Positions 1 through 7,810 of a stretch of DNA of 29,945 nt are shown in pieces. The DNA lies in IMG/VR virus record IMGVR_UViG_3300017903_000771, positions 1 to 29,945 of that record, one strand, 5' to 3'. The position numbers and the translations under genes were made by a program. Under the pieces are notes generated by a model. The model was not told the DNA's origin, searched no databases, and worked only from the letters and a program-made list of their open reading frames with translations. Each line of letters opens with the position of its first letter. Position 1 is the first letter of the stretch. Source of the DNA: a virus (lineage: Duplodnaviria; Caudoviricetes).

Positions 1-462
1 GCTCAACTGATGTCTACTGCACATCGTGTATTAGACGGCGAACACTATTACGGTAAGACTGCGAATGGTCGTAAGATTGCACGTTGGAAACATCCGACAC
101 TTGACAATCAACTCTACAAGGCATCGCATGTCAATCACCCGTCAAACATTTGGGTGCGTGAGTCTGATGAGAACTACTTCTGGTTGTATCGTCACTTTCG
201 TGGTGCGTGTAAAGAATACACACATCGGTATGGAAAATATCACTTGACAGATACTCGTTTATCTGATACACTACTCAACATACCTAAGAACATCCCCAAA
301 GTGGGATTGACTAAGTTTGCACAGGCCATGCCTGACTATTGCAAACGCGAAGACCCAGTAGATGCATATCGTGTCTACTATATAAATGAAAAGAAGTCCT
401 TTGCGAAATGGACTAATCGTGAAAAACCTACTTGGTGGAAGGAGACTAAATATGTCGCGTAA
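1..462 (+). CDS. Pyrimidine-dimer DNA glycosylase/DenV-like phage protein, 5'-truncated by the window edge
   Basis: Frame 1 is open from base 1 (AQLMSTAHRVLDG). Motifs YKASHVNHPSNIWVRES..NYFWL and FAQAMPDYCK..DPVDAYRVYY match this family, which is common in marine T4-like phages. Confidence 0.6.
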   Translation, partial: AQLMSTAHRVLDGEHYYGKTANGRKIARWKHPTLDNQLYKASHVNHPSNIWVRESDENYFWLYRHFRGACKEYTHRYGKYHLTDTRLSDTLLNIPKNIPKVGLTKFAQAMPDYCKREDPVDAYRVYYINEKKSFAKWTNREKPTWWKETKYVA

Positions 463-607
463 GAAAAAGGTTTGTGAAGATTTGTTTGAGGGTGATTACG
501 ATAACCGTGATGTTCTCTATTGGAATGATACCAAAGATTACTTTGATGAAATTGGTATCACTGACGCATACAAAGATACTGTGGGGTATGACAATGACTG
601 GAACTAA
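452..607 (+). CDS. Small acidic hypothetical protein (51 aa)
   Basis: GGAG at 441-444 precedes ATG 452. MSRKKKVCEDLFEGDYDNRD...DNDWN fills the gap between two coupled genes. The ORF track's start at 386 is less plausible. Confidence 0.6.
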   Translation: MSRKKKVCEDLFEGDYDNRDVLYWNDTKDYFDEIGITDAYKDTVGYDNDWN

Positions 608-854
608 ATTTGAATATGAAAATGTGGTGGATACACTGCGTGATGGCATCGTAAAACTTTCATTCGTGAAAGTGAAGGACGGTCAAGTTCGCAACATGCG
701 AGCAACTCTGAATGAGAAGTTCATTCCTGATGCACAGAAACCGACTACCGAAGTCAAGAAGAACGAAGAAACTGTTCGTGTCTATGACCTTGATGTAGAA
801 GGTTGGCGTTCATTCCGTATCAACACCTTGCAAACGTTTGACCCGATTGTATAA
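588..854 (+). CDS. SH3/Sm-like beta-barrel protein (WYL_2/DUF2693-like)
   Basis: Motifs LRDGIVKLSFVKVKDGQVRNMRATL and VRVYDLDVEGWRSFR. Start is ATG 588 or 594 after GGGG, overlapping the upstream ORF end. Confidence 0.7.
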   Translation: MTMTGTKFEYENVVDTLRDGIVKLSFVKVKDGQVRNMRATLNEKFIPDAQKPTTEVKKNEETVRVYDLDVEGWRSFRINTLQTFDPIV

Positions 855-1249
855 TGGCTCGCGGGAAGAGAAGTGATGGTCGTATGGGAGTTCACGAGTC
901 TATTCGTGACTTGCCCGAAGACCATTACTTACACTGGAAGAAAGTTAAACAGTGGATAAAGTCCTGCGAGGTTGAACTTCGTGGTATGCGTCATCTCAAG
1001 AAATCCACAGTGTGGAAAGAACGAGCTGAATACAAAGACCTTGAGGTTTACATATATAACATGAAACGATACCTCACATCAGGGGTATGGTTGGATTTTC
1101 GTTACGGTGAAGACCGCGAAAACAAAATCAAGTATCGTTGTCTTGCAAAAGCATATGATGATGATGGTGAAGTGAAACGCACAGTCGGCGTCTGGTATGA
1201 TGATGTCGGTATGTGGACTAGGGAGTTGCAAGAAGAATATGAAAGTTGA
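854..1249 (+). CDS. Phage hypothetical protein (131 aa)
   Basis: TAATG overlap with the upstream stop, phage-like codon use, no recognisable domain. Confidence 0.7.
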   Translation: MARGKRSDGRMGVHESIRDLPEDHYLHWKKVKQWIKSCEVELRGMRHLKKSTVWKERAEYKDLEVYIYNMKRYLTSGVWLDFRYGEDRENKIKYRCLAKAYDDDGEVKRTVGVWYDDVGMWTRELQEEYES

Positions 1250-1511
1250 TTTGATTGTAGGCGGTGTTGATTCCAATGATGGCGAGGCAAACTTTCTGAA
1301 TAAGAAAAAGTTCTCTCGCATGATTGAAGATGCCGTCAAGAAAAAAAGTCTATCCTATATGGATGCAGTTATCCACTTGTGTGATGATAACTCGATTGAG
1401 ATTGATGACGTGAAGAAATATCTGTCCACGTCTATCAAAGAGAGAATTGAGATGGAAGCGATGAACCTCAATTATCTCGACAAGGGCGACTCAAAAACTT
1501 TGCCCGAATAA
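1239..1511 (+). CDS. gp33: Late transcription coactivator gp33
   Basis: FLNKKKFSRMIEDAV...SYMDAVIHLCDDNSIEIDDVKKYLSTSIKERIEMEAMNLNYL is a typical gp33 sequence, lying just upstream of gp32. Probable start is ATG 1239. Confidence 0.88.
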   Translation: MKVDLIVGGVDSNDGEANFLNKKKFSRMIEDAVKKKSLSYMDAVIHLCDDNSIEIDDVKKYLSTSIKERIEMEAMNLNYLDKGDSKTLPE

Positions 1512-1521
1512 ATAAAAAGTA

Positions 1522-1550
1522 TTGACAAACTTGTTATATTATGATACTAT
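1522..1550 (+). promoter_or_regulatory. Sigma70-type promoter for gp32
   Basis: TTGACA (1522-1527), 17 bp spacer, TACTAT (1545-1550), with extended -10 TG at 1542-1543 and an A-rich upstream tract. Confidence 0.8.
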
Positions 1551-1589
1551 ACAAATACACTGAATACAAAGATATACGGAGAATACAAA

Positions 1590-2513
1590 ATGTCCTTTGC
1601 TAATCTAAAATCTAATCGTCCAGACATTTCCAAACTGGCAGCTGCTGCCCAAGAAATGTCGGGAACGAAACAAACCCAAAATAAATACGAGGATACTCGT
1701 TTCTGGAAACCGACTGTTGATGAAGCAGGTAATGGTTATGCGGAAATTCGTTTCTTGCCTGCTACCGAAGGTCAGGAACTTCCTTGGGTTCGTTACTTCG
1801 ACCACTTCTTCAAAGGCCCGACTGGTCAATGGTATGTCGAAAAATCACTGACAACTCTGGGTAACAATGACCCTGTGTCAGAATATAATTCCCGTCTGTG
1901 GAATTCTGGTATTGATGAAGATAAAGAGATTGCGCGTAAACAGAAACGCCGTCTTCATCATGTGTCCAACATCGTAGTCATTAGTGACCCTGCAAATCCT
2001 CAGAATGAGGGTAAGGTCTTCCTGTATGACTATGGTAAGAAAATCTTTGACAAGATTATGGATAAGATGCAACCTGAGTTCCCAGGCGAAGAACCAATCA
2101 ATCCGTTTGATTTCTGGAACGGTGCGAACTTCCAGTTGAAGATTCGTAATGTTGCTGGTTATCGTAACTATGATAAGTCAGAGTTCAAATCACCTTCTGC
2201 ACTGTATGAAGCTGATGAGACTAAACTCGAAGCTACATATAACTCAATGCATGAAGTGACAGAGTTCACTGACCCGTCAAGTTACAAATCCTATGAAGAG
2301 TTGAAGGCACGTCTGGAAACTGTTCTGGGTCAATCCACTGGTGCTGGTGCAACAGTAAAGAATGAATCACTCGCACAGACCGCAGAGGCAGTATCGCCGA
2401 AAGCGGCTGAACCGCAAGTTATTCAGTCTGCACCTGAACCCGAAATCGTTGCGTCAACTGATGATGATGACGATACGCTGTCATACTTTGCTAAGTTGGC
2501 TGCGGAAGACTAA
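1590..2513 (+). CDS. gp32: Single-stranded DNA-binding protein gp32
   Basis: DTRFWKPTVDEAGNGYAEIRFLP, EGKVFLYDYGKKIFDKI, NPFDFWNGANFQLKIR, YRNYDKSEF and acidic tail DDDDDTLSYFAKLA. GGAG RBS at 1578-1581. Confidence 0.97.
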   Translation: MSFANLKSNRPDISKLAAAAQEMSGTKQTQNKYEDTRFWKPTVDEAGNGYAEIRFLPATEGQELPWVRYFDHFFKGPTGQWYVEKSLTTLGNNDPVSEYNSRLWNSGIDEDKEIARKQKRRLHHVSNIVVISDPANPQNEGKVFLYDYGKKIFDKIMDKMQPEFPGEEPINPFDFWNGANFQLKIRNVAGYRNYDKSEFKSPSALYEADETKLEATYNSMHEVTEFTDPSSYKSYEELKARLETVLGQSTGAGATVKNESLAQTAEAVSPKAAEPQVIQSAPEPEIVASTDDDDDTLSYFAKLAAED

Positions 2514-2595
2514 TAGGTAAAGGTAGTATGTCCTCGATGGAGAAAGACTCTTTGAGTAGATAACAGCATCTAAAAAGACTACCAAATACAGTAAC

Positions 2596-2630
2596 GGGGA
2601 GAGGCTTTCGAGTCTCTCCCCAACTTTATT
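2596..2630. terminator. Probable bidirectional intrinsic terminator between convergent operons
   Basis: 11-bp stem GGGGAGAGGCT/AGTCTCTCCCC (one G-U pair) with a TTCG loop at 2607-2610. T-rich tails on both strands are weak. Confidence 0.75.
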
Positions 2631-4146
2631 GAACAACTCTATCTAGATTGTCTGTCGCTGGTGCTGGTTCACCGATGAATGATTGTGTCTGAGTTACATT
2701 GGTTGATGCATCGGTTACAACTGTTGATGATGATTGTCCACCAAGGAAACCGTTATCACGCATCGCTTGATTATCAGATGCTTGAGAGTTGATATCACTA
2801 CCCGATGTGTTAGGTGGTGTAATTCCTGCCGCACCTTCACCCATAACTCTACTGAATGCTTCCATAGGGCCTTCACCGCCAGGAGCCAGTGCGGATACTG
2901 CCGCTTTTGCTGCAGGGAAGATATTTGAGAACATTGACCCAATCACTTCCAAACCTTTCATGATACTACCGAAGATGGTATCAAAAATGTTTTCAAAAGA
3001 AAAACTATCTAGTTGTGCTTTGACGTTTTCAAAACCGAAGAACCCTGCAACGTATCCGATTGCACTTTTTAACAAGTCGAGTGGTAATGCAATCAACCCT
3101 TTCGCGATACCATTCACTGCACCCAAGATACCACCAATAATTCCACCCTCTTCAAACCCTGAAACTGCACCTTTGATTGCATCAAAGATTGTCATGACAA
3201 CAGTCAGTGGGAAGAAGATTACACGCCCCAGAGTTCGGAATACACCAAGAACGGGGCCCAGTGCGGTTGCAAGACTACGGAACAATCCACCAACTCGTGA
3301 GAAGAAACCTGTAGTTGTTTTTGCGGTATCGGCTGCTTGCTCCGCAACTCTACCAAATCCAAGTAGACCTCTTACACTATTACCCAGTGAACGAACACCG
3401 TCAGTAAAACTACGAATTTCTGGAATGTTTGCGATTGCTCTTGGGATATCTGCGAGTGTTCCTAGAACTGCACCAAGTCTACCTGATACAGTTTTGAAAT
3501 CTTTAATTCTGCCATCTGTAACTTTACCGAACTCGATAATCTGTTTGTTGAAACCAAGAGTAAAGTTACCTAGAACACGACTTGCGACTGTTCTTACACT
3601 TTGACCGACATTAGACAGACCTCTACCGAAGTCATCAAAGATTTCAAAGATTGCGAGAAACGGGCCACGAGGGAAACTTGGTGGTCGGAAACCTCTTACA
3701 GTATTAAAGAGACCTTTGAACTTATCAAGTAAGTTTATATTGATGTCTGTAAATATTGCCTGAAGTGGTCTAATAAGAGACAGACGAAATAGACCACGAA
3801 GACCTCTGAGAACTACTGTAACCGCATCTCTAAAACCGTCAACAAAACCTACCAACAATGCACCACCAGCCGCGAGAACACCAGCAATAACCGCCAAGAA
3901 ACCAAACCCACCACCATCTTCAGTGGTCATTCTCTGTAGTGGAGCAGTCTGTGTTTCTGACGTTCTCTGTGCGTCCCTTTGTGCTTCCAGTTCATCCAAC
4001 TGTTGACGTTTCAACATCTGGAAATACTCTGAGAACGTTTTATTCAGAGTGATAATCTGAGACGTATTTTTCTGCGTCTCTTCTCTGTTCATCGCGTTCT
4101 CTTCGCGAACTGTGAAAATCAGTTGTTGTATTGTTGCGTCTGCCAT
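2626..4146 (-). CDS. Tail tape measure / baseplate hub protein (gp29-like)
   Basis: 506 aa, coiled-coil N-terminus, long Gly/Ala/Phe-rich amphipathic helical body with hydrophobic segments. Lies directly downstream of gp26/gp51-like genes. Confidence 0.65.
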   Translation of the reverse strand: MADATIQQLIFTVREENAMNREETQKNTSQIITLNKTFSEYFQMLKRQQLDELEAQRDAQRTSETQTAPLQRMTTEDGGGFGFLAVIAGVLAAGGALLVGFVDGFRDAVTVVLRGLRGLFRLSLIRPLQAIFTDININLLDKFKGLFNTVRGFRPPSFPRGPFLAIFEIFDDFGRGLSNVGQSVRTVASRVLGNFTLGFNKQIIEFGKVTDGRIKDFKTVSGRLGAVLGTLADIPRAIANIPEIRSFTDGVRSLGNSVRGLLGFGRVAEQAADTAKTTTGFFSRVGGLFRSLATALGPVLGVFRTLGRVIFFPLTVVMTIFDAIKGAVSGFEEGGIIGGILGAVNGIAKGLIALPLDLLKSAIGYVAGFFGFENVKAQLDSFSFENIFDTIFGSIMKGLEVIGSMFSNIFPAAKAAVSALAPGGEGPMEAFSRVMGEGAAGITPPNTSGSDINSQASDNQAMRDNGFLGGQSSSTVVTDASTNVTQTQSFIGEPAPATDNLDRVVQ

Positions 4147-4349
4147 TACATTCTCATTTGTTGTTCTTGTTTACGCAATCGGTCTTCTTCTTCCTTCAGA
4201 TGTTCTTTCAACATTGATAAGTAAACTTCTCTCTCCCACGGTAACATAAATTCTAAATCTGCCAGTGAATATTTGAAATGTTGCATCAGTGCAAAGTTGG
4301 TTTCAAAATGGTTCACCAGATTGTCATGCGAGAGACATACTAAAAAAAA
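4146..4349 (-). CDS. gp51: gp51-like baseplate hub assembly domain, missing from the ORF track; probably entered by -1 frameshift from the gp26-like gene
   Basis: Manual translation: (FF)LVCLSHDNLVNHFETNFALMQHFKYSLADLEFMLPWEREVYLSMLKEHLKEEEDRLRKQEQQMRM*. The NFALMQH.KYSL..LE.M.PWERE motif is gp51-like. Its stop overlaps the next ATG (TAATG). Confidence 0.85.
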   Translation of the reverse strand, partial: FFLVCLSHDNLVNHFETNFALMQHFKYSLADLEFMLPWEREVYLSMLKEHLKEEEDRLRKQEQQMRM

Positions 4350-5047
4350 TCTTGAAGGCCCTCCAGTGTTACTTTATTCTCGTGTCCGCACTTACATGTG
4401 AACTCGACATCTTTTTTCAGTCGTGGGATTGCCTGTAGATATTCCCCGACTTTCTTAAACTGTGTATTCGTCATCGAATCAATAAACTCATCAAGTTCCT
4501 GTTTCGATGTATCCTTAGTATCAAAACGTTCTTCTTCAGTAAGAATCGCTGCGATACAGTTTGACATCATAAGAAGACCAAACTCAGTCTCGTTGATATC
4601 TTCACGATAATTGTCTACGAAAGTGTTATATGATGGATAACGCATCTCGATAGAAACAGATGGTGTCAGTTCGATAATGTTGTTGGTCTCTTTACCTTCA
4701 ACGGTCAACTCTGAGAGATTGACTTCACATTCATTCATCTCTTCACAGTCAAGTGCCTGGCACTTTACATTTACTGTTGATGTCTCACCAACAGACTTGG
4801 AACGAATTTGTGTGAACATATATTCAACATCAAATGTCGTAAGTTGTGATGGTGTGATATCATCAAACACACATGCAACGATTGTGTCAACCATTGCTCT
4901 CATTGCTTGTTTCTGGTCTTGCGACTCAAAAGCCATCAAAAGAATTTTCTCTTCTTTTACCAGATACGGTCTGTAGGTTACCAAAGTCTTAGATGATGGA
5001 ATCTCCATCTCATACTTAATAGACTCATTTAACTTAGGTAATGCCAT
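4340..5047 (-). CDS. gp26: Baseplate hub subunit / assembly chaperone, gp26-like
   Basis: MALPKL...YRPYLVKEEKILLMA...TFDVEYMFTQIRSKSVGE, Cys pairs CQALDC and CKC, ending LEGLQDFF. GGAG RBS. Confidence 0.88.
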   Translation of the reverse strand: MALPKLNESIKYEMEIPSSKTLVTYRPYLVKEEKILLMAFESQDQKQAMRAMVDTIVACVFDDITPSQLTTFDVEYMFTQIRSKSVGETSTVNVKCQALDCEEMNECEVNLSELTVEGKETNNIIELTPSVSIEMRYPSYNTFVDNYREDINETEFGLLMMSNCIAAILTEEERFDTKDTSKQELDEFIDSMTNTQFKKVGEYLQAIPRLKKDVEFTCKCGHENKVTLEGLQDFF

Positions 5048-5059
5048 AATTTACTCCAA

Positions 5060-5782
5060 TTAATCCAATACTCTTCTAATCAATTCACCTGTTAGTCCTT
5101 CAACCAGACCACTGGTGATTTCGCCTTGTTTGGTGCGCCAGTCTTTGTATGACAATTGAACTGACACTTCCATAACATCTTGTGTGTCGTTATTTAGTGC
5201 GATTTCATTCAAGGTTGTTGGGTATGCTTGTTCCAAAACACATGAGTATGCAATCTGGTCACCAAAGATACCGTTCAAATCAATCTCACCCTGTGCAAGG
5301 TCGAGAGGGCCAATACGAGGAAGACGGTTACGAATCCCACTAGGAATCTTACCCGCATCAAAAATCTCACGTTTCTTGATTGGGAATGATACACCCTTTT
5401 TCAATTGTTGGATGACTACAGGTTTGGTGTAATCCATATAGTAACCAATCTCTTTTGTCTCACTGTTATGCGCGAGGTTCTGCCATGTTTCGAAATATCT
5501 ACGGACACCATAGTCGTTCATGCAATAGAATGTCATGTTTAGGTCAGCAGTCGCATAACCATTTGCAACCTTCGTAAGAGTTGTCCCAACAGTATGGTCT
5601 ACCGATGTAATCTGTCTGCCTGGAATCGCAGTCGCACGACACAACATGTCCAGCTCTCTTGGGTCATTACCACCCAGAGGTGCGCCATCGATACGAGGTA
5701 GTTGAACACGAAAAAGGTTCTGTGATGCAAATCCACCACCTCTACTTACTTGCGCTCTAAAGTCGTCTACGCGAAATACCAT
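5060..5782 (-). CDS. Baseplate tail-tube initiator, gp54/gp19 fold
   Basis: GGFASQNLFRVQLP, LCRATAIPGRQITS, RRYFETWQ, LEQAYPTTLNEIAL and VSVQLSYKDW are tail-tube-fold motifs. Synteny between gp2 and gp26 fits. Confidence 0.75.
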   Translation of the reverse strand: MVFRVDDFRAQVSRGGGFASQNLFRVQLPRIDGAPLGGNDPRELDMLCRATAIPGRQITSVDHTVGTTLTKVANGYATADLNMTFYCMNDYGVRRYFETWQNLAHNSETKEIGYYMDYTKPVVIQQLKKGVSFPIKKREIFDAGKIPSGIRNRLPRIGPLDLAQGEIDLNGIFGDQIAYSCVLEQAYPTTLNEIALNNDTQDVMEVSVQLSYKDWRTKQGEITSGLVEGLTGELIRRVLD

Positions 5783-6366
5783 TATCCTATCATCCGTCTT
5801 GAATCTGAGAACACTTTGGAAGAGTTTCTCTTACGGAAGTCTGCGGTTGGTAGGAAGGTTGCGATTTCCCATTCTGGTGCTTGAACTTCTGCGAACTGAC
5901 TTCTTACATGGTCATTCAGATAGTGTTTGAAACATGGTTTGAAATACTTGAACTTACTTGCAGACTGCAATCTCTTGTAGGTGATGTTGAACTTCGCATC
6001 ATCACTTGTCTTACTGGATTGAATGTCCAATAGAGAATCAAGGAACTTCGCACGAAGAAGTGGTGGCAGATAGTGAAGGTTCAATCCATAGAACCCACCT
6101 TCCGCAGGCCCGACCACAATCACAAGAGGGAATGCATCATAGTATGGCAGTTCCTCTTTACCCTTTGGGTCATAGAAAAACATCTGCATTGAACCGATGA
6201 TTTGTCTTTTACCACGACTCAGTTCCTTCTCCTTCATCAATGCTTCACGATTGATTGAACGGAGATTCGCTGCCTTTTTACGAAACCACTCACGCGATTC
6301 CTTGGTGCGTGGTGTAATACCAGCACGGAACGCTTGCAGTTCCAGTCTTTGAAATAAGTTACTCAT
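5782..6366 (-). CDS. gp2: DNA end protector protein gp2
   Basis: FFYDPKGKEELPYYDAFPLV, GFYGLNLHYLPPLLRAKFLD, KPCFKHYL..HVRS and WEIATFLPTADF. Confidence 0.92.
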   Translation of the reverse strand: MSNLFQRLELQAFRAGITPRTKESREWFRKKAANLRSINREALMKEKELSRGKRQIIGSMQMFFYDPKGKEELPYYDAFPLVIVVGPAEGGFYGLNLHYLPPLLRAKFLDSLLDIQSSKTSDDAKFNITYKRLQSASKFKYFKPCFKHYLNDHVRSQFAEVQAPEWEIATFLPTADFRKRNSSKVFSDSRRMIG

Positions 6367-6370
6367 ACGT

Positions 6371-6847
6371 CTATTTATAACGTTTTGAGTATGGTTTTAG
6401 AGGTTTTGTTGATTTTGGTATCATTGATTTGAGTGGTTCGGTCTTCTCCGTCCATATAACAAAGTGCCAACCACGGTCTTTCGCATATTCGTTGGCTGCC
6501 TTCCACTTATTCATGTTCTTGACATAGGTTAGACTTTCAGAGATGTATCGTTTTGTCCTGCGTTGTCCTTCAGGTGGACGTGTCTGTGCGTCTGGTTTTA
6601 TCTCAACCAGAAAGACTTTACCGTCCTTCATCTTGATTTTCAAGTCCATAAAGTAACGATGATACTTGCGGTCAACCTCATATAGATATGGGATGACTAC
6701 TTCTTCGCTCGACCACTCAACTACATTCGCGTTAGTATCACACCACTTGAATGCATGTTTCTCCCAAAGAGACCGATAGATGACGTTTGTATAGTCACCC
6801 TTATACTTCTTTGGATTTTTCGGTTTATATCGTCCAGAATATGCCAT
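6371..6847 (-). CDS. gp4: Head completion nuclease gp4 (TnsA-like)
   Basis: MAYSGRYKPKNPKKYKGD..NVIYRSLWE, WSSEEVVIPY, HRYFMD, LVEIKP and NMNKWKAA. Confidence 0.93.
   Translation of the reverse strand: MAYSGRYKPKNPKKYKGDYTNVIYRSLWEKHAFKWCDTNANVVEWSSEEVVIPYLYEVDRKYHRYFMDLKIKMKDGKVFLVEIKPDAQTRPPEGQRRTKRYISESLTYVKNMNKWKAANEYAKDRGWHFVIWTEKTEPLKSMIPKSTKPLKPYSKRYK
6372..6379 (-). promoter_or_regulatory. T4-type late promoter upstream of gp2
   Basis: TATAAATA on the minus strand, 5 nt before the gp2 ATG. Confidence 0.75.
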
Positions 6848-6854
6848 GAAACCT

Positions 6855-6862
6855 TATAAATA
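6855..6862 (+). promoter_or_regulatory. T4-type late promoter for the gp48-gp53-gp5 operon
   Basis: Perfect TATAAATA in the gap between divergent genes. Confidence 0.85.
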
Positions 6863-6877
6863 GAAAAGAATTATTTT

Positions 6878-6884
6878 TATTTAG
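6878..6884 (-). promoter_or_regulatory. Variant late promoter (CTAAATA) for gp4
   Basis: CTAAATA on the minus strand, 30 nt upstream of the gp4 ATG. Confidence 0.5.
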
Positions 6885-6895
6885 TGGATTCACAA

Positions 6896-7810
6896 ATGGC
6901 ATTAACACCAAAAGAACAAAGTGAGCGTAAGGGTAGACTTCAGTATCCTATCGAAAACTCAGGTGACTACAAAGGTCGTATCAGGTTCGGAATCATAGAA
7001 GAACCCCAAGCGGATTTGAGTAAGATTGTTTCCGAAACAAAAGATGTTGGTAAGGAGGCTTTAGAGACGATTACCAATGCTGGTGGTAATAACGCGACCA
7101 ATGGAGAACAAAAGAAATCCATTATGCAACAGTTTAACGGAACTATTAACGAAGCTTTCAAACCTAAAACGCCTGGCCCAGTAAAGAGAGAGGTAAGTCT
7201 ATATCTCCCAGTTGGTCTTCAGTTTCGTGATAATGTTGGGTATGAAAATGCAGACCTTCTGTCAGGTAATGTTGCATCAGGTGCAGCTGCTGCACAACTT
7301 CTTAGTGGTTCGGGCGGGACTAGTGAAGCAAAACTCGCACTTCTAAGTTTGTCACAGAAAAACCAAGGTGCTGCAACTCTTGCGAGAGCTGGTGGTAGAG
7401 TCACCTCAAATCCGAACACTCGTGCGTTGTTTAAGAGTGTTAATCTCCGCGAATTTGCCTTTACTTTTAAGTTTGTTCCAAAGTCGCGTAAAGAGGCAGA
7501 AGAGGTAAAACAAATTATTCAGATGTTCCGTGAGGAATTGTATCCAGAAAGTATCCCTGCAAATGTTGCGGGAACAGAAATTTCGATTGGTTATAAATTT
7601 CCAAACAGATTTCAGATTGAGATTGAATACGATGGTCAAAGGATTGCAAATAAAATTCTTCCGTGTTATCTGCGCGATGTAAGCACATCGTATAACCCAA
7701 CCACGATGGCGATGCACGAAGATGGTAACTTTAGTGAGATTGATTTGTCATTGTCATTTACAGAATCAAGAACTCTTGACAAAAAAGATATCGCAGAAGG
7801 TGGGTTCTAA
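6896..7810 (+). CDS. gp48: Baseplate tail-tube cap gp48
   Basis: LQYP, VSLYLP, NPNTRALFKSVNLREFAFTFKFVPKSRKEAEEVKQII, CYLRDVSTSYNP and LSLSFTE. ATG 6896 is preferred over GTG 6884. Confidence 0.88.
   Translation: MALTPKEQSERKGRLQYPIENSGDYKGRIRFGIIEEPQADLSKIVSETKDVGKEALETITNAGGNNATNGEQKKSIMQQFNGTINEAFKPKTPGPVKREVSLYLPVGLQFRDNVGYENADLLSGNVASGAAAAQLLSGSGGTSEAKLALLSLSQKNQGAATLARAGGRVTSNPNTRALFKSVNLREFAFTFKFVPKSRKEAEEVKQIIQMFREELYPESIPANVAGTEISIGYKFPNRFQIEIEYDGQRIANKILPCYLRDVSTSYNPTTMAMHEDGNFSEIDLSLSFTESRTLDKKDIAEGGF

Noticed and set aside
386-587. Long N-terminal extensions in the ORF track (starts 386 and 474; also 1197 and 6884)
   Set aside because: They use alternative start codons that mostly overlap upstream genes; downstream ATGs with RBS or coupling fit better.
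1508-1514. ATAAATA at the gp33 stop as a late promoter for gp32
   Set aside because: Imperfect match (AATAAATA) inside an A-rich tract that is adequately explained as the upstream element of the sigma70 promoter; possible but unsupported.
2522-2584. tRNA or hammerhead ribozyme interpretation of the intergenic fold
   Set aside because: No TTCRA T-loop, D-loop GG or proper anticodon arm, and no CTGANGA core. Kept only as an unclassified structure.
2789-3604. 271-aa plus-strand ORF
   Set aside because: Antisense shadow of the Gly/Ala-rich tape measure gene; Pro/Ser-rich translation, no RBS, no motif.
4324-4338. ATG right after the gp26 stop as the gp51 start
   Set aside because: It is out of frame with the gp51-like sequence and encodes only MSLA-stop.
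6371-6847. Transposase or homing endonuclease call for the TnsA-like nuclease
   Set aside because: Sequence and position next to gp2 identify it as core head completion protein gp4; there are no terminal repeats.
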